Source: a virus
Lineage: Duplodnaviria; Heunggongvirae; Uroviricota; Caudoviricetes
Reading direction: 5' to 3' (one strand)
DNA: 50,378 nucleotides
Virus record (IMG/VR): IMGVR_UViG_2562617057_000009
Span: 1 to 50,378 of that record
The position numbers and the translations under genes are program-made. Position 1 is the first letter of the stretch, and every line of letters begins with the position of its first letter. Shown piece after piece: positions 39,364 through 49,713 of the stretch. The notes beneath the pieces are model-generated. The model was not told the DNA's origin, did no database searches, and worked only from the letters and a program-made list of their open reading frames with translations.

Positions 39364-41635
39364 GGAAAACTCCCCAGTTTTGCAGCGATGCCAGTGCCTG
39401 CTGTTCGAGTTGTTGATGATGTGCAATGGCCTGTGGTGGACAATGCAACGGCATTTGCAGCGCCGAAACGGGAAGTTGCGCCAGTTGATAATGCTCAAGC
39501 ACCTGATGCGCCAGCGTCCCGCGTTCTCGTGGTGGTAGCCAGGCCATCGCCGCGCGTAAATCGGGCAGGGCGTTAATAAAATCGGCTTCACTCAGTTGAT
39601 TTAAATGACTGCTGAAACCGGCGATAAATGCCGGCTGACAGGCCAGTTGATGGCGGGCCAGCGCCAGCAAACCGTGCAGCGCCTCACCAGATTGTGCCGG
39701 GGATAACTGCGCCAGCATCGTCAGCGCCGCTTCGGCACTGGCGTTGGGATGTTCCAGACGCATTAGTGCGCCAAGAGCCGCGCCGCGATCCAGCGCCGGG
39801 GCATGAATTGCCTGACTGCGTCGCTCCAGTAAGGCTACCGCCGCAGAAAGAGAAACGCCGGGTAAATTAACGCCGCTATGTAGATCGCGCAGAATATGGC
39901 AAAGCGCTTGCCAGCTATGCAGGTGAGCGTGAAACTCCTTTTCATCCGGTCTGCCGTTAGATTCACACAGCCACAGCGTGCGATAGATAGTCGCGCATAA
40001 CGTCGTTTGTAATATCTGCGCGCCTTGCATACCGCTAATTTCATCCAGCCGCCATAAGGCATAAAGCACTTCCAGCGCCTGGCCCATTTCGGCAAATTGA
40101 TTTTCCTGGGCGATTAATAGTGTGAGTTGCTCCAGTAATTGTTGACTGAAGGACGCCAGACCCGCTAACGCCGCCTGGCTAAGACATGTGGTGATACTGC
40201 CGATTCCGCCCGCGTCCAGCATATCGGCTTCTAATTTATTGCGTGCGGCTTCCTGGAGTGTGGCACCAAAACAGGCGGCCTCAATCAATGCCGCATGCTG
40301 GCTAAGCGGGCGGGTTAATTTCCAGCGTTCTTCACCGTTGCCTGCAAGTGTCAGTGTACTTCCCTGCTGGCGTACAATCCCAGGGATCTCCAGTATTGCC
40401 AGCCGATGTAACACCTGACTTTGCGCCAGCCCATCGGGGGTAAAGCGATTTAAGGTAAGCTCCGCCGGAAGGGAGATTGCGGTACGTTCCAGTTCGCAGG
40501 TGACATCTTTTGGCAGAGGCGGTTGTGGCGTAGAAGGGGCAAGTTTACCGAATCCGTCACCCGCTAATGTGTCTATCAACGTTAGCAGAATCGGATCGGT
40601 ATCGGGATGAATAACGCCGCGATAGCTCCACGGCAACGGCGCGTTCAGGGCTTCTTTAATCAGCGAGCCTGCTATGGCATCCAGCCAGTCAGTGCGTAAC
40701 GGTAGTGTATGACCGCGCAACTGTGCCAGCGCCATCGCATGCAGATGAGCGGCAGCCATATCCGCGGTAGAAGCGGGCAATTTGTGCTGGCGCAAACGGG
40801 TAAGGATAGTTTTTAGCAGTTGTTCACCGGCCTTCTGCAAGCCCCACTGCCAGCACCAGTTTTGCCATACCGGGGCAGGCATTCCTGAAAGGTATCCTGC
40901 CAGCACATCAAGGCGCTTTTCACTGTAGGGTGTGAGATAACAACCTGTAACGGCATCTGCCAGCGAGGGCAATTCTGGCTTGTTAATTTTCTGAGGGCAT
41001 TCGCGCCACATCTTTGCCAGTGCCGGAGCGTGCCAGCCACCGCAGACAACTAACACGTCGCCATTATTTTGCTGCATCGCCCATCCAATCCAGCGGGCCA
41101 TAAAGGCTTCGCGCTGACGATTGAGCGCATCGCCGGAGGCGTCGCCCCGCAGTTGGGCAAAATAGTGCGCCAGCGCAGAGGGTAATGCAGTTTGCTGGCT
41201 TTCATCTTCGAACAAGTGATCCCACAGGGTATCGCTGTTATCCATGCGGGTGGCACGCAGCAGTAAGGCCTGGCTTTCATCTTGCGTATCAGGCGAATCG
41301 TCCTCTTCTTCACTCTGCGCCCAGCAAGGCAAATCGATGAAGTAAGTTTGTGCCTGAATGCGACGTGCGGCTTGTAGCGCCTGCCACTCCGGCGAAAATT
41401 CAGCAAATGGCGTCCAGGCACCACGCCCGGGGGCTGCACCGTCCTGATACTGGCAATAACTGTAAATAGCTACCGGAAGCTGGTGGGCTAAAAACAGTTC
41501 GTCTACCCGGTCATTAAAATCAGCCGGGCCTTCAATCAACACGTATCGTGGCCGCTGGCTTTCGATTAACGATTTCACCAGCCGGGCGCAGGCCGGACTA
41601 TGATGCCGGATGCCGACAATTAACGGCTCGCTCAT
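39356..41635 (-). CDS. yehM: YehM
   Basis: 759 aa from MSEPLIVGIRHH; length matches recalled YehM. Confidence 0.7.
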   Translation of the reverse strand: MSEPLIVGIRHHSPACARLVKSLIESQRPRYVLIEGPADFNDRVDELFLAHQLPVAIYSYCQYQDGAAPGRGAWTPFAEFSPEWQALQAARRIQAQTYFIDLPCWAQSEEEDDSPDTQDESQALLLRATRMDNSDTLWDHLFEDESQQTALPSALAHYFAQLRGDASGDALNRQREAFMARWIGWAMQQNNGDVLVVCGGWHAPALAKMWRECPQKINKPELPSLADAVTGCYLTPYSEKRLDVLAGYLSGMPAPVWQNWCWQWGLQKAGEQLLKTILTRLRQHKLPASTADMAAAHLHAMALAQLRGHTLPLRTDWLDAIAGSLIKEALNAPLPWSYRGVIHPDTDPILLTLIDTLAGDGFGKLAPSTPQPPLPKDVTCELERTAISLPAELTLNRFTPDGLAQSQVLHRLAILEIPGIVRQQGSTLTLAGNGEERWKLTRPLSQHAALIEAACFGATLQEAARNKLEADMLDAGGIGSITTCLSQAALAGLASFSQQLLEQLTLLIAQENQFAEMGQALEVLYALWRLDEISGMQGAQILQTTLCATIYRTLWLCESNGRPDEKEFHAHLHSWQALCHILRDLHSGVNLPGVSLSAAVALLERRSQAIHAPALDRGAALGALMRLEHPNASAEAALTMLAQLSPAQSGEALHGLLALARHQLACQPAFIAGFSSHLNQLSEADFINALPDLRAAMAWLPPRERGTLAHQVLEHYQLAQLPVSALQMPLHCPPQAIAHHQQLEQQALASLQNWGVFHV

Positions 41636-41645
41636 GCATCTTTCC

Positions 41646-42402
41646 TCACGGCAGGCGGTGGCGGGCTTGATAATAAGCCTGCCAGTGAGCTTCTTTATGT
41701 GTGGCGACACGCTGTTCGAAGTAACGGCGCAGACGCGCGCGATCTTCTTCGTTATCTTTGACGATGGTTCCGGCAATACATTCCACCAGGTCGGCAGGCT
41801 CCCCCGCGCGATTCGCTAAAAACCAGGCGCGGACGCCCACAGCATGGGCCACGTTCACGGCTTCAGCGGTGGACATAATCGCTGTCAGTGTATCCATTGA
41901 CGTTTTCTTTTCGCCGTTGGCACGCAGATCGCGGAAGGTGCGGACCAGTAATTCCAGTACCGCGTCAGGCACTTTATGCGGAATACCGCTATGGGCCAGC
42001 AAACGCGCCGAAGCACTGGCGACCAGTTCCAACTCCTGGGCGAAATCCATAATCGGAAAAACCGTTTCAAAATCGAAGCGACGCTTTAGCGCAGCACTCA
42101 TTTCATTGACGCCGCGATCGCGGGTATTGGCAGTGGCAATAATATTAAAGCCTTCTCGCGCATAGAGCTGACTGGCTTCACCAGTGAGTTCCGGCACCGT
42201 CATCACCCTGTCAGAAAGCATACCTAACAGACAGTCCTGCACTTCCAGCGGTGTACGCGTTATCTCTTCGAAACGGACGATTTTGCCGTCGCGCATTCCC
42301 TGATAAAGCGGGGCAGGGACCAGCGCTTCCGTTGACGGACCATGATTGATAAGCAGGGCGTAGTTCCAGCCATACTTGATTTGATCTTCGGTGGTAGATG
42401 CC
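41646..42402 (-). pseudogene. yehL: YehL (MoxR-type AAA ATPase), 5'-truncated by IS186
   Basis: Open frame continues upstream of the listed ORF to the IS186 end at 42403; roughly 110 N-terminal codons missing. Confidence 0.6.
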
Positions 42403-43741
42403 CATAAGCGCTAACTTAAGGGTTGAACCATCTGAAGAATGCGACGCCTCGGTGCCTCGTTAAGACGATGCCTCGCGTTCTTCAATTGCGTTTTGTAGGC
42501 TGTCAGGGATACTGTCCCACGAATGGCCACCTGTAAGCTCCAGATGACCATTTTTGTTATTCTCCACAACGAGTTAGTTCTTCTTTTCGGATCCGGCACT
42601 TCTGGGGGGGAAATCCAGCGATGGCTGGATTATGTCGTCAATTAAAAATGCGGCGAGTAGATTAGCAAATATCCACGCTTTCGCGAGTTCAGGTTCCTTT
42701 GCACGCAAAGCATCCAGGTGCAGCAAACTTTTGAGCCGCTTAAAAGCCAGTTCAATTTGCCATCGCAGACGGTAACAATCAGCCACTTGCTCTGCTGAAT
42801 ATTCATCTTCCGGTAATGATGTTAGCAATAGCACATGGCCCGCTGCTTCCAGCGTTTCCGCCTGAACTACTCGTCCTTTTCGACGATTCTCGCTGAGCAG
42901 TCGGGTTTTACTGATTAATGCTTTTTCGGGAGGAAGTGATACGGCAATGAGACGTGCCGGAAAGGGAGCTCCGGCTTTTTTATTACCTGAATTGCCTATC
43001 ATTACAGTGGTTTCACCGTTCTTACCGCAATCCAGCCCGCGCAGAAAACCCATCATGTCAAAGCGCATTCCTTCTGCAGTTAACCAGCGCAATCCTCGCC
43101 AGTGAACCCGGACGATATAATCAGCTTCTCCAAAAGCAAGTGAGCGGATACATTCGGGACGCGAACCGAATCCCCGGTCAGCAATGCGTATCTCGTCTGC
43201 CGTTTGCGCAAATCGGTCCAGCCGTTCAGCGTCTCTGCTGTCGGTTAGCTCAAAATCAGTGAACTGACAGGTATGAGGATCATATCCCATATGTAGTCGC
43301 CATTCAGCGCTGCCGCCCCCGGGCGCACTGATTGCTGTTCCATCGACAAGACGCAATCTCTTTCCGCTTGTACAACCCGTAACTGCGGCGCGTACAGCAA
43401 GTGTTTGTGCGGCAAGTATGCCAAACCAGTCGGCGGCATTCCGCAGCCGCTTCAGGAGAGCCACGTCAGATAATGTTGCAACGTCATGGAGCTGAGCCCA
43501 TGCAGTGACTTCACGTAATGACATCCCCCCGGGGCCGTAAGCCAGCCCCAGACGTAGCAGAGTTGCAGCATCACGAATTTCGCGGCGGCGGGTTAGAGCC
43601 CCGGCATTACGTGCCGAAGTATCCAGTTCTTCGGGCTTACCAATATGGGCCAGAATTGCTGACCAGTTATCGTGAGAGTAATTCATCGGCACGTTAAATC
43701 ATATCAGGCGTAATACCACAACCCTTAAGTTAGCGCTTATG
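42403..43741 (-). mobile_element. IS186 (IS4 family, ~1339 bp)
   Basis: Terminal inverted repeats CATAAGCGCTAACTTAAGGGTTG at both ends; transposase matches recalled IS186; flanks differ on the two sides. Confidence 0.8.
42574..43692 (-). CDS. IS186 transposase
   Basis: 372-aa ORF filling the element. Confidence 0.8.
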   Translation of the reverse strand: MPMNYSHDNWSAILAHIGKPEELDTSARNAGALTRRREIRDAATLLRLGLAYGPGGMSLREVTAWAQLHDVATLSDVALLKRLRNAADWFGILAAQTLAVRAAVTGCTSGKRLRLVDGTAISAPGGGSAEWRLHMGYDPHTCQFTDFELTDSRDAERLDRFAQTADEIRIADRGFGSRPECIRSLAFGEADYIVRVHWRGLRWLTAEGMRFDMMGFLRGLDCGKNGETTVMIGNSGNKKAGAPFPARLIAVSLPPEKALISKTRLLSENRRKGRVVQAETLEAAGHVLLLTSLPEDEYSAEQVADCYRLRWQIELAFKRLKSLLHLDALRAKEPELAKAWIFANLLAAFLIDDIIQPSLDFPPRSAGSEKKN

Positions 43742-44058
43742 GGGAATTTTCCCCGCACACGCCGGAGAACTGGATCACCACGCACAACGGCATTGAGTAC
43801 ACGGCACCAGCACCAGGGGAGAACATCCGCGACAACGCTCCAAACTTTCATAAATGGCTTGATCACGCTGCCGGAAAAGATCCGGGCAAGATGATGCGTA
43901 TATGCGCCGCGCTATACATGATTATGGCGAACCGGTACGACTGGCAGATGTTTATTGAGGCCACCGGAGACGGCGGGAGCGGCAAGAGCACTTTCACGCA
44001 CATAGCCAGCCTTCTGGCAGGGAAACAGAACACAGTAAGGCAGTATGACTTTCCGTGA
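43742..44058 (+). pseudogene. internal fragment of a P4-type primase/helicase gene (Walker A GDGGSGKS)
   Basis: Frame reads ...YDWQMFIEATGDGGSGKSTFTHIASLLAGKQN...; no start codon; begins at the IS186 end. Confidence 0.6.
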
Positions 44059-44059
44059 G

Positions 44060-45565
44060 ACAGATGCTGGCCAACGTGGGATATTTAACGCGGGTTAACA
44101 TCGTTGTCAGAGCCGCATGGGTGAGCTGTTGCTACACCCCGGTATTTCCACCACGGAGGCCAGCATGAACAACAATAACACATTGTACGTCGGGTTAGAT
44201 GTTCACAAAGAATCGATTACTGTCGCTTATGCTATCAATTCAGAACCTGTTGAACTGATGGGTAAAATTGGCACATCACCTACTGATATTCAGAATCTTT
44301 GTAAACGTCTCAGGTCAAAGTCATCGCAGGTCAGTATCGTTTATGAAGCGGGGCCCTGTGGTTATGGACTTTATCGTCGGCTGGTGAAATCCGGTTTTGA
44401 CTGCATGGTCTGCGCCCCCTCACTTATCCCGAAAAAACCGGGGGAGCGGGTTAAAACCGATCGCCGTGATGCCATCAGACTTGTGCGTTCACTGCGTGCA
44501 GGAGATCTTTCTGCTGTCTACGTACCCGGCATTGAAGATGAGGCATTCCGGGATTTGGCCCGGGCATGGGCATCTGCCCGCGATGATTTACGGCATGCAA
44601 GGCAACGTCTGAAATCGTTTCTTCTGGTTCATGGGGTCCATTATGTCGGGCGAGCAGATTGGGGCCCTGCACACCGACGCTGGCTCAGCAAATACTCATT
44701 CGAAAGTCCCTGGCGACAATTAGCTTTTGACGAACACCGTCGTACAATAGAAGACCGGCAGGCACAATGTGAACGGCTGGAATCCGCCCTGAAGGAGGCC
44801 GTTACCGAATGGAGGCTGTATCCGGTAGTAGAGGCGCTGCAAGCCATGCGAGGGATTCAGTTTATTACTGCGGTTGGATTAATTTCTGAACTGGGTGATC
44901 TGACCCGTTTTGAACATCCACGACAACTGATGTCATGGTTTGGTATCACGCCATCAGAATATTCATCGGGTGGAAGCAGACATCAGGGCAGCATTACCAA
45001 AGCCGGAAACAGCTATGCCAGAAAGCTATTGGTCGAGGCAGCGTGGAGTTACCGTCATCCGGCACGCATCAGTCCGGCAATACAAAAAAGGCAGGAAAAT
45101 TTACCCCGCCCCGTCATTGACAGAGCATGGGATGCTCAACTCAGGCTTTGTAAGAGGTATCGAAAACTTCAGGCCAAAGGAAAGAATGTCAATATTACAA
45201 TTGTTGCTGTTGCACGTGAGCTGGCGGGTTTTATCTGGGATATGGGCCGAATAGCAATGTCTGTCGCACAACAACCACAATGTCACAAATAAAAAATGAG
45301 AATAACCAGTTCCCTGAAGGCGACGTAGCCCGGTACAAGAGTAACCCACGTTAGCGCTTGGCGACGGCGGAACAAAGCTGATTCGCGACGTAAGAAAGTG
45401 GCAGGCTCATATGACGGACCTCTGTAATGCGGTATCCAACCCGCGAATATCAGCGTGATTCACCGTCGGATTTACTGCTACGTCGCCCTCAGGGAATTAA
45501 ACCTAAAAAGAAAATCGTCAAAATTAGAGATTCCGGTTTGACACGGAAAGTCATATCAGCGCTGA
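44060..45565 (+). mobile_element. IS110-family insertion sequence (boundaries approximate) inserted in the primase gene
   Basis: Transposase with DEDD-type N-terminus (LYVGLDVHKESITVA); primase coding sequence resumes at 45567. Confidence 0.55.
44165..45292 (+). CDS. IS110-family transposase
   Basis: Start MNNNNTLYVGLDVHK; ~375 aa. Confidence 0.7.
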   Translation: MNNNNTLYVGLDVHKESITVAYAINSEPVELMGKIGTSPTDIQNLCKRLRSKSSQVSIVYEAGPCGYGLYRRLVKSGFDCMVCAPSLIPKKPGERVKTDRRDAIRLVRSLRAGDLSAVYVPGIEDEAFRDLARAWASARDDLRHARQRLKSFLLVHGVHYVGRADWGPAHRRWLSKYSFESPWRQLAFDEHRRTIEDRQAQCERLESALKEAVTEWRLYPVVEALQAMRGIQFITAVGLISELGDLTRFEHPRQLMSWFGITPSEYSSGGSRHQGSITKAGNSYARKLLVEAAWSYRHPARISPAIQKRQENLPRPVIDRAWDAQLRLCKRYRKLQAKGKNVNITIVAVARELAGFIWDMGRIAMSVAQQPQCHK

Positions 45566-45566
45566 G

Positions 45567-46292
45567 ATGACATCGCTTGATGATGCTGGTGGGCGTGCAC
45601 AGGTTGTCGGGAGTCGTCTTATCGTCCTGGCAGACCAGCCGAAATATACAGGCGAAGGAACGGGCATCAAGAAAATCACGGGCGGCGACCCCGTGGAAAT
45701 TAACCCGAAATATGAAAAGCGTTTTACGGCGGTAATCAGGGCGGTGGTGCTGGCAACCAATAACAATCCGATGATATTCACCGAACGGGCCGGAGGCGTG
45801 GCACGTCGTCGCGTGATTTTCCGTTTCGACAATATCGTCAACGAGGCCGAAAAAGACAGGGAACTACCGGAAAAGATTGCGGCTGAAATCCCCGTCATTA
45901 TCCGCCGATTACTGGCGAACTTTGCAGACCCTGAAAAGGCGCGGGCTTTACTACTGGAACAGCGTGACGGTGATGAAGCACTGGCGATAAAGCAGCAAAC
46001 GGATCCGGTTATTGAGTTTTGCCAGTTCCTGAATTTTCTGGAGGAAGCACGTGGCCTGATGATGGGTGGCGGTGGCGATTCCGTGAAGTACACGACCAGA
46101 AACAGCCTTTACCGCGTCTATCTGGCGTTTATGGCATACGCAGGCAGAACCAAACCACTAAACGTAAATGACTTTGGCAAGGCCATGAAGCCAGCCGCAA
46201 AAGTTTACGGACATGAATATATTACGCGAAAAATTAATGGAGTGACGCAGACTAACGCAATAACAACCGACGATTGCGACGCGTTTTTATAA
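45567..46292 (+). pseudogene. 3' part of the P4-type primase/helicase gene
   Basis: Continues the primase C-terminal region (LIVLADQPKYTGEGTGIKKITGGDPVEINPK...). Confidence 0.65.
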
Positions 46293-46299
46293 TTTTTGG

Positions 46300-46545
46300 C
46301 AATTGCTGTCTACCTTGTCTACCTGATTACATAAAAGTTGTTTTAATTCAGTGTATTAATTTAGGTAGACAGCTTTTTTTTACTGTCTACAAGCTGTCTA
46401 CCTTGTCTACCTGTTTTTGTAGCCAGTCGGAGGGATGGGTAGACATCAGGTAGACAGAGATTTTTTACTGTCTACCACCATAAAACCCGCGTCATTACTG
46501 GCCTGAGCATCCACCAGGTAGATAAGGTAGACAAGGTGGGGGTAT
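46300..46545. repeat. iteron array: at least 11 copies of GGTAGACA / TGTCTACC in both orientations (putative satellite ori)
   Basis: Directly downstream of the primase gene; includes palindromes around T-runs. Confidence 0.6.
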
Positions 46546-46582
46546 CTCCAAAACTTTTTAAACGAGGGGGGTAAAAACAAAA

Positions 46583-46840
46583 ATGCACACATCAGGAAAA
46601 CTTAACAATCAGAAGAAGCAACATAACCGCGCCATTGACCTTACAGAGCACTGGCTGAGGGTGGCGATAAAAATCATCGACCGCAACGCGGGAGAAGGAT
46701 ACGCGAAAGCACATCCTGAACTGATAAGCGCATTCATGACCACGGCGGCAGCAAACTTTGCCACGCTGACAGAACGGGAGATTGCCGAAGCGGAACAGGT
46801 GACAACCATCAACGTTAAAACCGGAGAGCAGACAGCATGA
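46583..46840 (+). CDS. hypothetical protein
   Basis: 85-aa ORF upstream of and overlapping the SSB start. Confidence 0.45.
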   Translation: MHTSGKLNNQKKQHNRAIDLTEHWLRVAIKIIDRNAGEGYAKAHPELISAFMTTAAANFATLTEREIAEAEQVTTINVKTGEQTA

Positions 46841-47259
46841 CAGCACAGATAGCAGCTTACGGGCGGCTGGTGGCTGACCCGCAGTTAAAGACCACCAGCA
46901 AAGGGACACAAATGGCGATGGCGAGTATGGCGGTTCCCCTGCCGTGCAGCCAGGCCGATGACGGAACGGCGACGATGTGGTTATCCGTCCTGGCGTTTGG
47001 CAGACAGGCCGAAGCACTGGCAAAGCACCGCAAGGGTGAACCCCTGAGCGTGGCGGGTAACATGCAGGTGAGCCAGTGGACCGGACAGAACGGGGAAATG
47101 CGGCAGGGCTGGCAGGTTATCGCAGACAGCGTAATCAGTGCGAGAACGGCGCGACCGGGCGGCAAAAAAGGCCAACAGGGGCAGGCTGCTGATGCACTGA
47201 GCAGAGCAAAACAACAGGCGGGAAATGATGATCCGTACGGGGATAACATACCGTTTTAA
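46837..47259 (+). CDS. ssb: single-stranded DNA-binding protein (SSB-like)
   Basis: OB-fold-like N-terminus, Gly/Gln-rich tail ending DDPYGDNIPF (SSB acidic tip). Confidence 0.7.
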   Translation: MTAQIAAYGRLVADPQLKTTSKGTQMAMASMAVPLPCSQADDGTATMWLSVLAFGRQAEALAKHRKGEPLSVAGNMQVSQWTGQNGEMRQGWQVIADSVISARTARPGGKKGQQGQAADALSRAKQQAGNDDPYGDNIPF

Positions 47260-47272
47260 GCAACGAGTAACA

Positions 47273-47297
47273 GAAGCCGGAGCAATCCGGCTTTTTT
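47273..47297 (+). terminator. intrinsic terminator
   Basis: Hairpin gccggagcaatccggc plus TTTTTTAT. Confidence 0.7.
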
Positions 47298-47325
47298 ATG
47301 GGTCCTCCCGGTGTAGTGACCTGCC

Positions 47326-47343
47326 ACGGGGCGGGAGCGGCGC
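47326..47343. other. cos-like site C (cosN-like core acggggcgggagcggcgc)
   Basis: About 40 bp on the left side match the cos region at 22800-22848; right side unrelated. Confidence 0.45.
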
Positions 47344-47606
47344 GGAAAAAGGCTAGTTTTTGAAATTTCATTCGTCATCACCACTACTGTAATGGATTGA
47401 TATTACAGTGGTTTTATTTTTATGGTGTCGATTTTGATTGTTTTTTTGTTCGACACCTTTGCAGGCAGATAAAAAAGCCCGATAAGTACAGGAGGCAAAC
47501 TTAGCGGGCTTTTTCATATATGAGGTTAACAGCATGGTGACTACTGTTTCCGGAAATCATTTCATAATTTGCAACATGGATCGATATTATTGCGAAATAT
47601 GAAATC

Positions 47607-47642
47607 ATGATTATAATCATAACTGGATGAACATCCAGTTAT
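47607..47642. promoter_or_regulatory. two perfect palindromes (ATGATTATAATCAT; ATAACTGG-N8-CCAGTTAT) upstream of the capsid gene block
   Basis: Adjacent to the first gene of the capsid block. Confidence 0.4.
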
Positions 47643-47673
47643 GATTTTTAACGTCAAAGAGGAATTTCTGACT

Positions 47674-47880
47674 ATGGCAGAAGAGAAAAAAGGTGGGGTT
47701 ACAGTCTACATAAGCCCCGACATCGTGGAGGCACTCAAGGAACGCCACCAGCAGAACGTAAAAGCGAGCATTGCGGCAGGACTTGATCCGCTGGCAATGG
47801 TTGAGCCGTCAACAGGCTGGCAGGTGCGCGCCTATTTACGTGCGGCGTTGGGCATGAATCAGGTTCACGGGGGTGAATAA
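47674..47880 (+). CDS. hypothetical small protein preceding the capsid gene
   Basis: Start MAEEKK after AAGAGGA; stop overlaps the E-like start. Confidence 0.45.
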   Translation: MAEEKKGGVTVYISPDIVEALKERHQQNVKASIAAGLDPLAMVEPSTGWQVRAYLRAALGMNQVHGGE

Positions 47881-48935
47881 TGGCAGGTAAAGCAACGGCT
47901 CTTAACACTAACCAGCTTTTCGCGTACCTGAATCGGCAGGATGTTCCGGATTTTAGATTCAGTCCGCTGTTTACGTCGCTGTTTTTTCCGAACGTGGCGA
48001 CCTTCAACACGCAGGACATCATGCTGGATACCCTGGATATTGAAGAAGTCACCATGTCGGCGTTTTGTTCGCCTATGGTGGGTAGCCAGGTTCAGCGCGA
48101 TAAAGGGTACGAAACAAGCACTATCCGCCCCGGCTACATGAAGCCCAAGCACGAAATCGATCCATCAAAAACCATTATGCGCATGGCTGGAGAAGATCCG
48201 GCACAGCTTAACGACCCCACCTGGCGACGTATGCGCCTCATTACTGGCAACATGCGCCGCCAGATAAACGCCATTAAAGCGCGTGTGGAATGGCTGGCAG
48301 TGAATGCGGTCACGACCGGAAAAAACATCATTGAAGGCGAAGGCATAGAACGCTATGAAATCGACTGGAATATGCCGGCAAACTGCATTGTCCATCAGGG
48401 GCCAGGAAAAAAATGGTCTGAGCAGAATAAAGAGACGCATGATCCGACAGATGACATCGAGCTATACGCCGAACAGGCCAGCTGCCCCGCCAACGTCATG
48501 ATTATGGGCGCTGAGGTATGGCGAACGTTACGCAGCTTTAAAAAATTCCGCGAGCTGTACGATCTTTCCCGTGGTTCAGAATCCGCCGCAGAGCTGGCGT
48601 GTAAAAACCTGGGCGAAGTGGTGAGCTTTAAAGGCTATCTGGGCGATATTGCCCTTATCGTCTATTCCGGCAAATACGCCGACAGCGACGGCACCGAAAA
48701 ATATTTCCTTGAGCCTGATTTGCTTGTCCTGGGCAACACCAACAATAAAGGGCTGGTGGCCTATGGTGCGATTATGGATCAGGACGCAGTAAGAACGGGC
48801 GCAACGCAAAACATGTTTTACCCGAAAAACTGGATTGAGGACGGCGATCCGGCGATTGAGTACGTGCAGACGCACAGCGCACCGCAGCCGGTTCCGGCAG
48901 ATATTCGCAAATTTGTTACCGTCAAAATTGGTTAA
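47880..48935 (+). CDS. E: major capsid protein, lambda gpE family
   Basis: Collinear with recalled lambda E (YMKPKHEIDP..., TWRRMRLITGNMR..., HDPTDDIELYA..., YPKNWIEDGDPA...). Confidence 0.8.
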   Translation: MAGKATALNTNQLFAYLNRQDVPDFRFSPLFTSLFFPNVATFNTQDIMLDTLDIEEVTMSAFCSPMVGSQVQRDKGYETSTIRPGYMKPKHEIDPSKTIMRMAGEDPAQLNDPTWRRMRLITGNMRRQINAIKARVEWLAVNAVTTGKNIIEGEGIERYEIDWNMPANCIVHQGPGKKWSEQNKETHDPTDDIELYAEQASCPANVMIMGAEVWRTLRSFKKFRELYDLSRGSESAAELACKNLGEVVSFKGYLGDIALIVYSGKYADSDGTEKYFLEPDLLVLGNTNNKGLVAYGAIMDQDAVRTGATQNMFYPKNWIEDGDPAIEYVQTHSAPQPVPADIRKFVTVKIG

Positions 48936-48946
48936 CGGGAGATTCT

Positions 48947-49282
48947 ATGGGCACTCCATATGTTGAGTTATTTGCAGGCAGTCAGCAGGTCGCCACGACG
49001 CTGGTACATTTTGCCGCTGATGCTGGCGTTATTCAGGAATTTACCCCGCTGATGCTGGCGGACAATGGCGAGTTTAAGGCGTGGGATGGTCAGGAATCTG
49101 GCAAGGCTGTTTATCTGACGGCGTACCCCGTGGACACGTCAAAGCAGAAATCAGCACAGTGTTACAAGACGGGGATATTCAATATTGCCGCCGTTAACTG
49201 GCCTGAGAGCGTCGACACCGATGCGAAAAAATGCGCCGCCTTTACGGGTTCTGGCGTATCCGTTCAGCCGCTGGCCCGATAA
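48947..49282 (+). CDS. head decoration protein, lambda gpD-like
   Basis: C-terminal region (TPLMLADNGEFKAWDG...) resembles recalled lambda D. Confidence 0.55.
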   Translation: MGTPYVELFAGSQQVATTLVHFAADAGVIQEFTPLMLADNGEFKAWDGQESGKAVYLTAYPVDTSKQKSAQCYKTGIFNIAAVNWPESVDTDAKKCAAFTGSGVSVQPLAR

Positions 49283-49294
49283 GCAGGGGGAACG

Positions 49295-49708
49295 ATGGCA
49301 ACGAATGAAAGCATCATGGCGCTACCGCTGGCGAGTAAATTTAAAGCCGAAGCGCGGGCAATGGCTGACAGAGGGTTATCAACCTACGAGGCCATATATC
49401 AACTTAACAAACTGGAAGAGCAGGACAAGCCGCGCGCTGATGCGATTATGGCGCTTGATGAATCTGGCGACTATCAGCCGCTGTTACGTGCAATGGCAAA
49501 CGTGCCTTGTATCGATGTTGGTACGGCTAAAAGCATTCTTAGCATGACCATAGAGCAGGAACGCCAGAAGGTTGCACCAGAGCTTACCGCAGCCTTTGAA
49601 AACTTTATGGACATACACAGCCCGAAAGCCGTATCAGCTGGCATGGCATACGATGGCAGAAACCCGGGCGATGACGGCGACATCGATCGCATACTGAAAA
49701 CCATCTGA
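49295..49708 (+). CDS. hypothetical protein
   Basis: 137-aa ORF followed by a terminator. Confidence 0.45.
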   Translation: MATNESIMALPLASKFKAEARAMADRGLSTYEAIYQLNKLEEQDKPRADAIMALDESGDYQPLLRAMANVPCIDVGTAKSILSMTIEQERQKVAPELTAAFENFMDIHSPKAVSAGMAYDGRNPGDDGDIDRILKTI

Positions 49709-49713
49709 GACAG

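Noticed and set aside
32822-42165. Numerous antisense or out-of-frame ORFs inside yehU, yehQ, yehP, yehM and yehL
   Set aside because: Shadow ORFs within GC-rich host genes whose main frames match the expected Yeh protein lengths.
44397-45349. Small ORFs overlapping the IS110-family transposase on both strands
   Set aside because: Embedded in the transposase reading frame with no independent signals.
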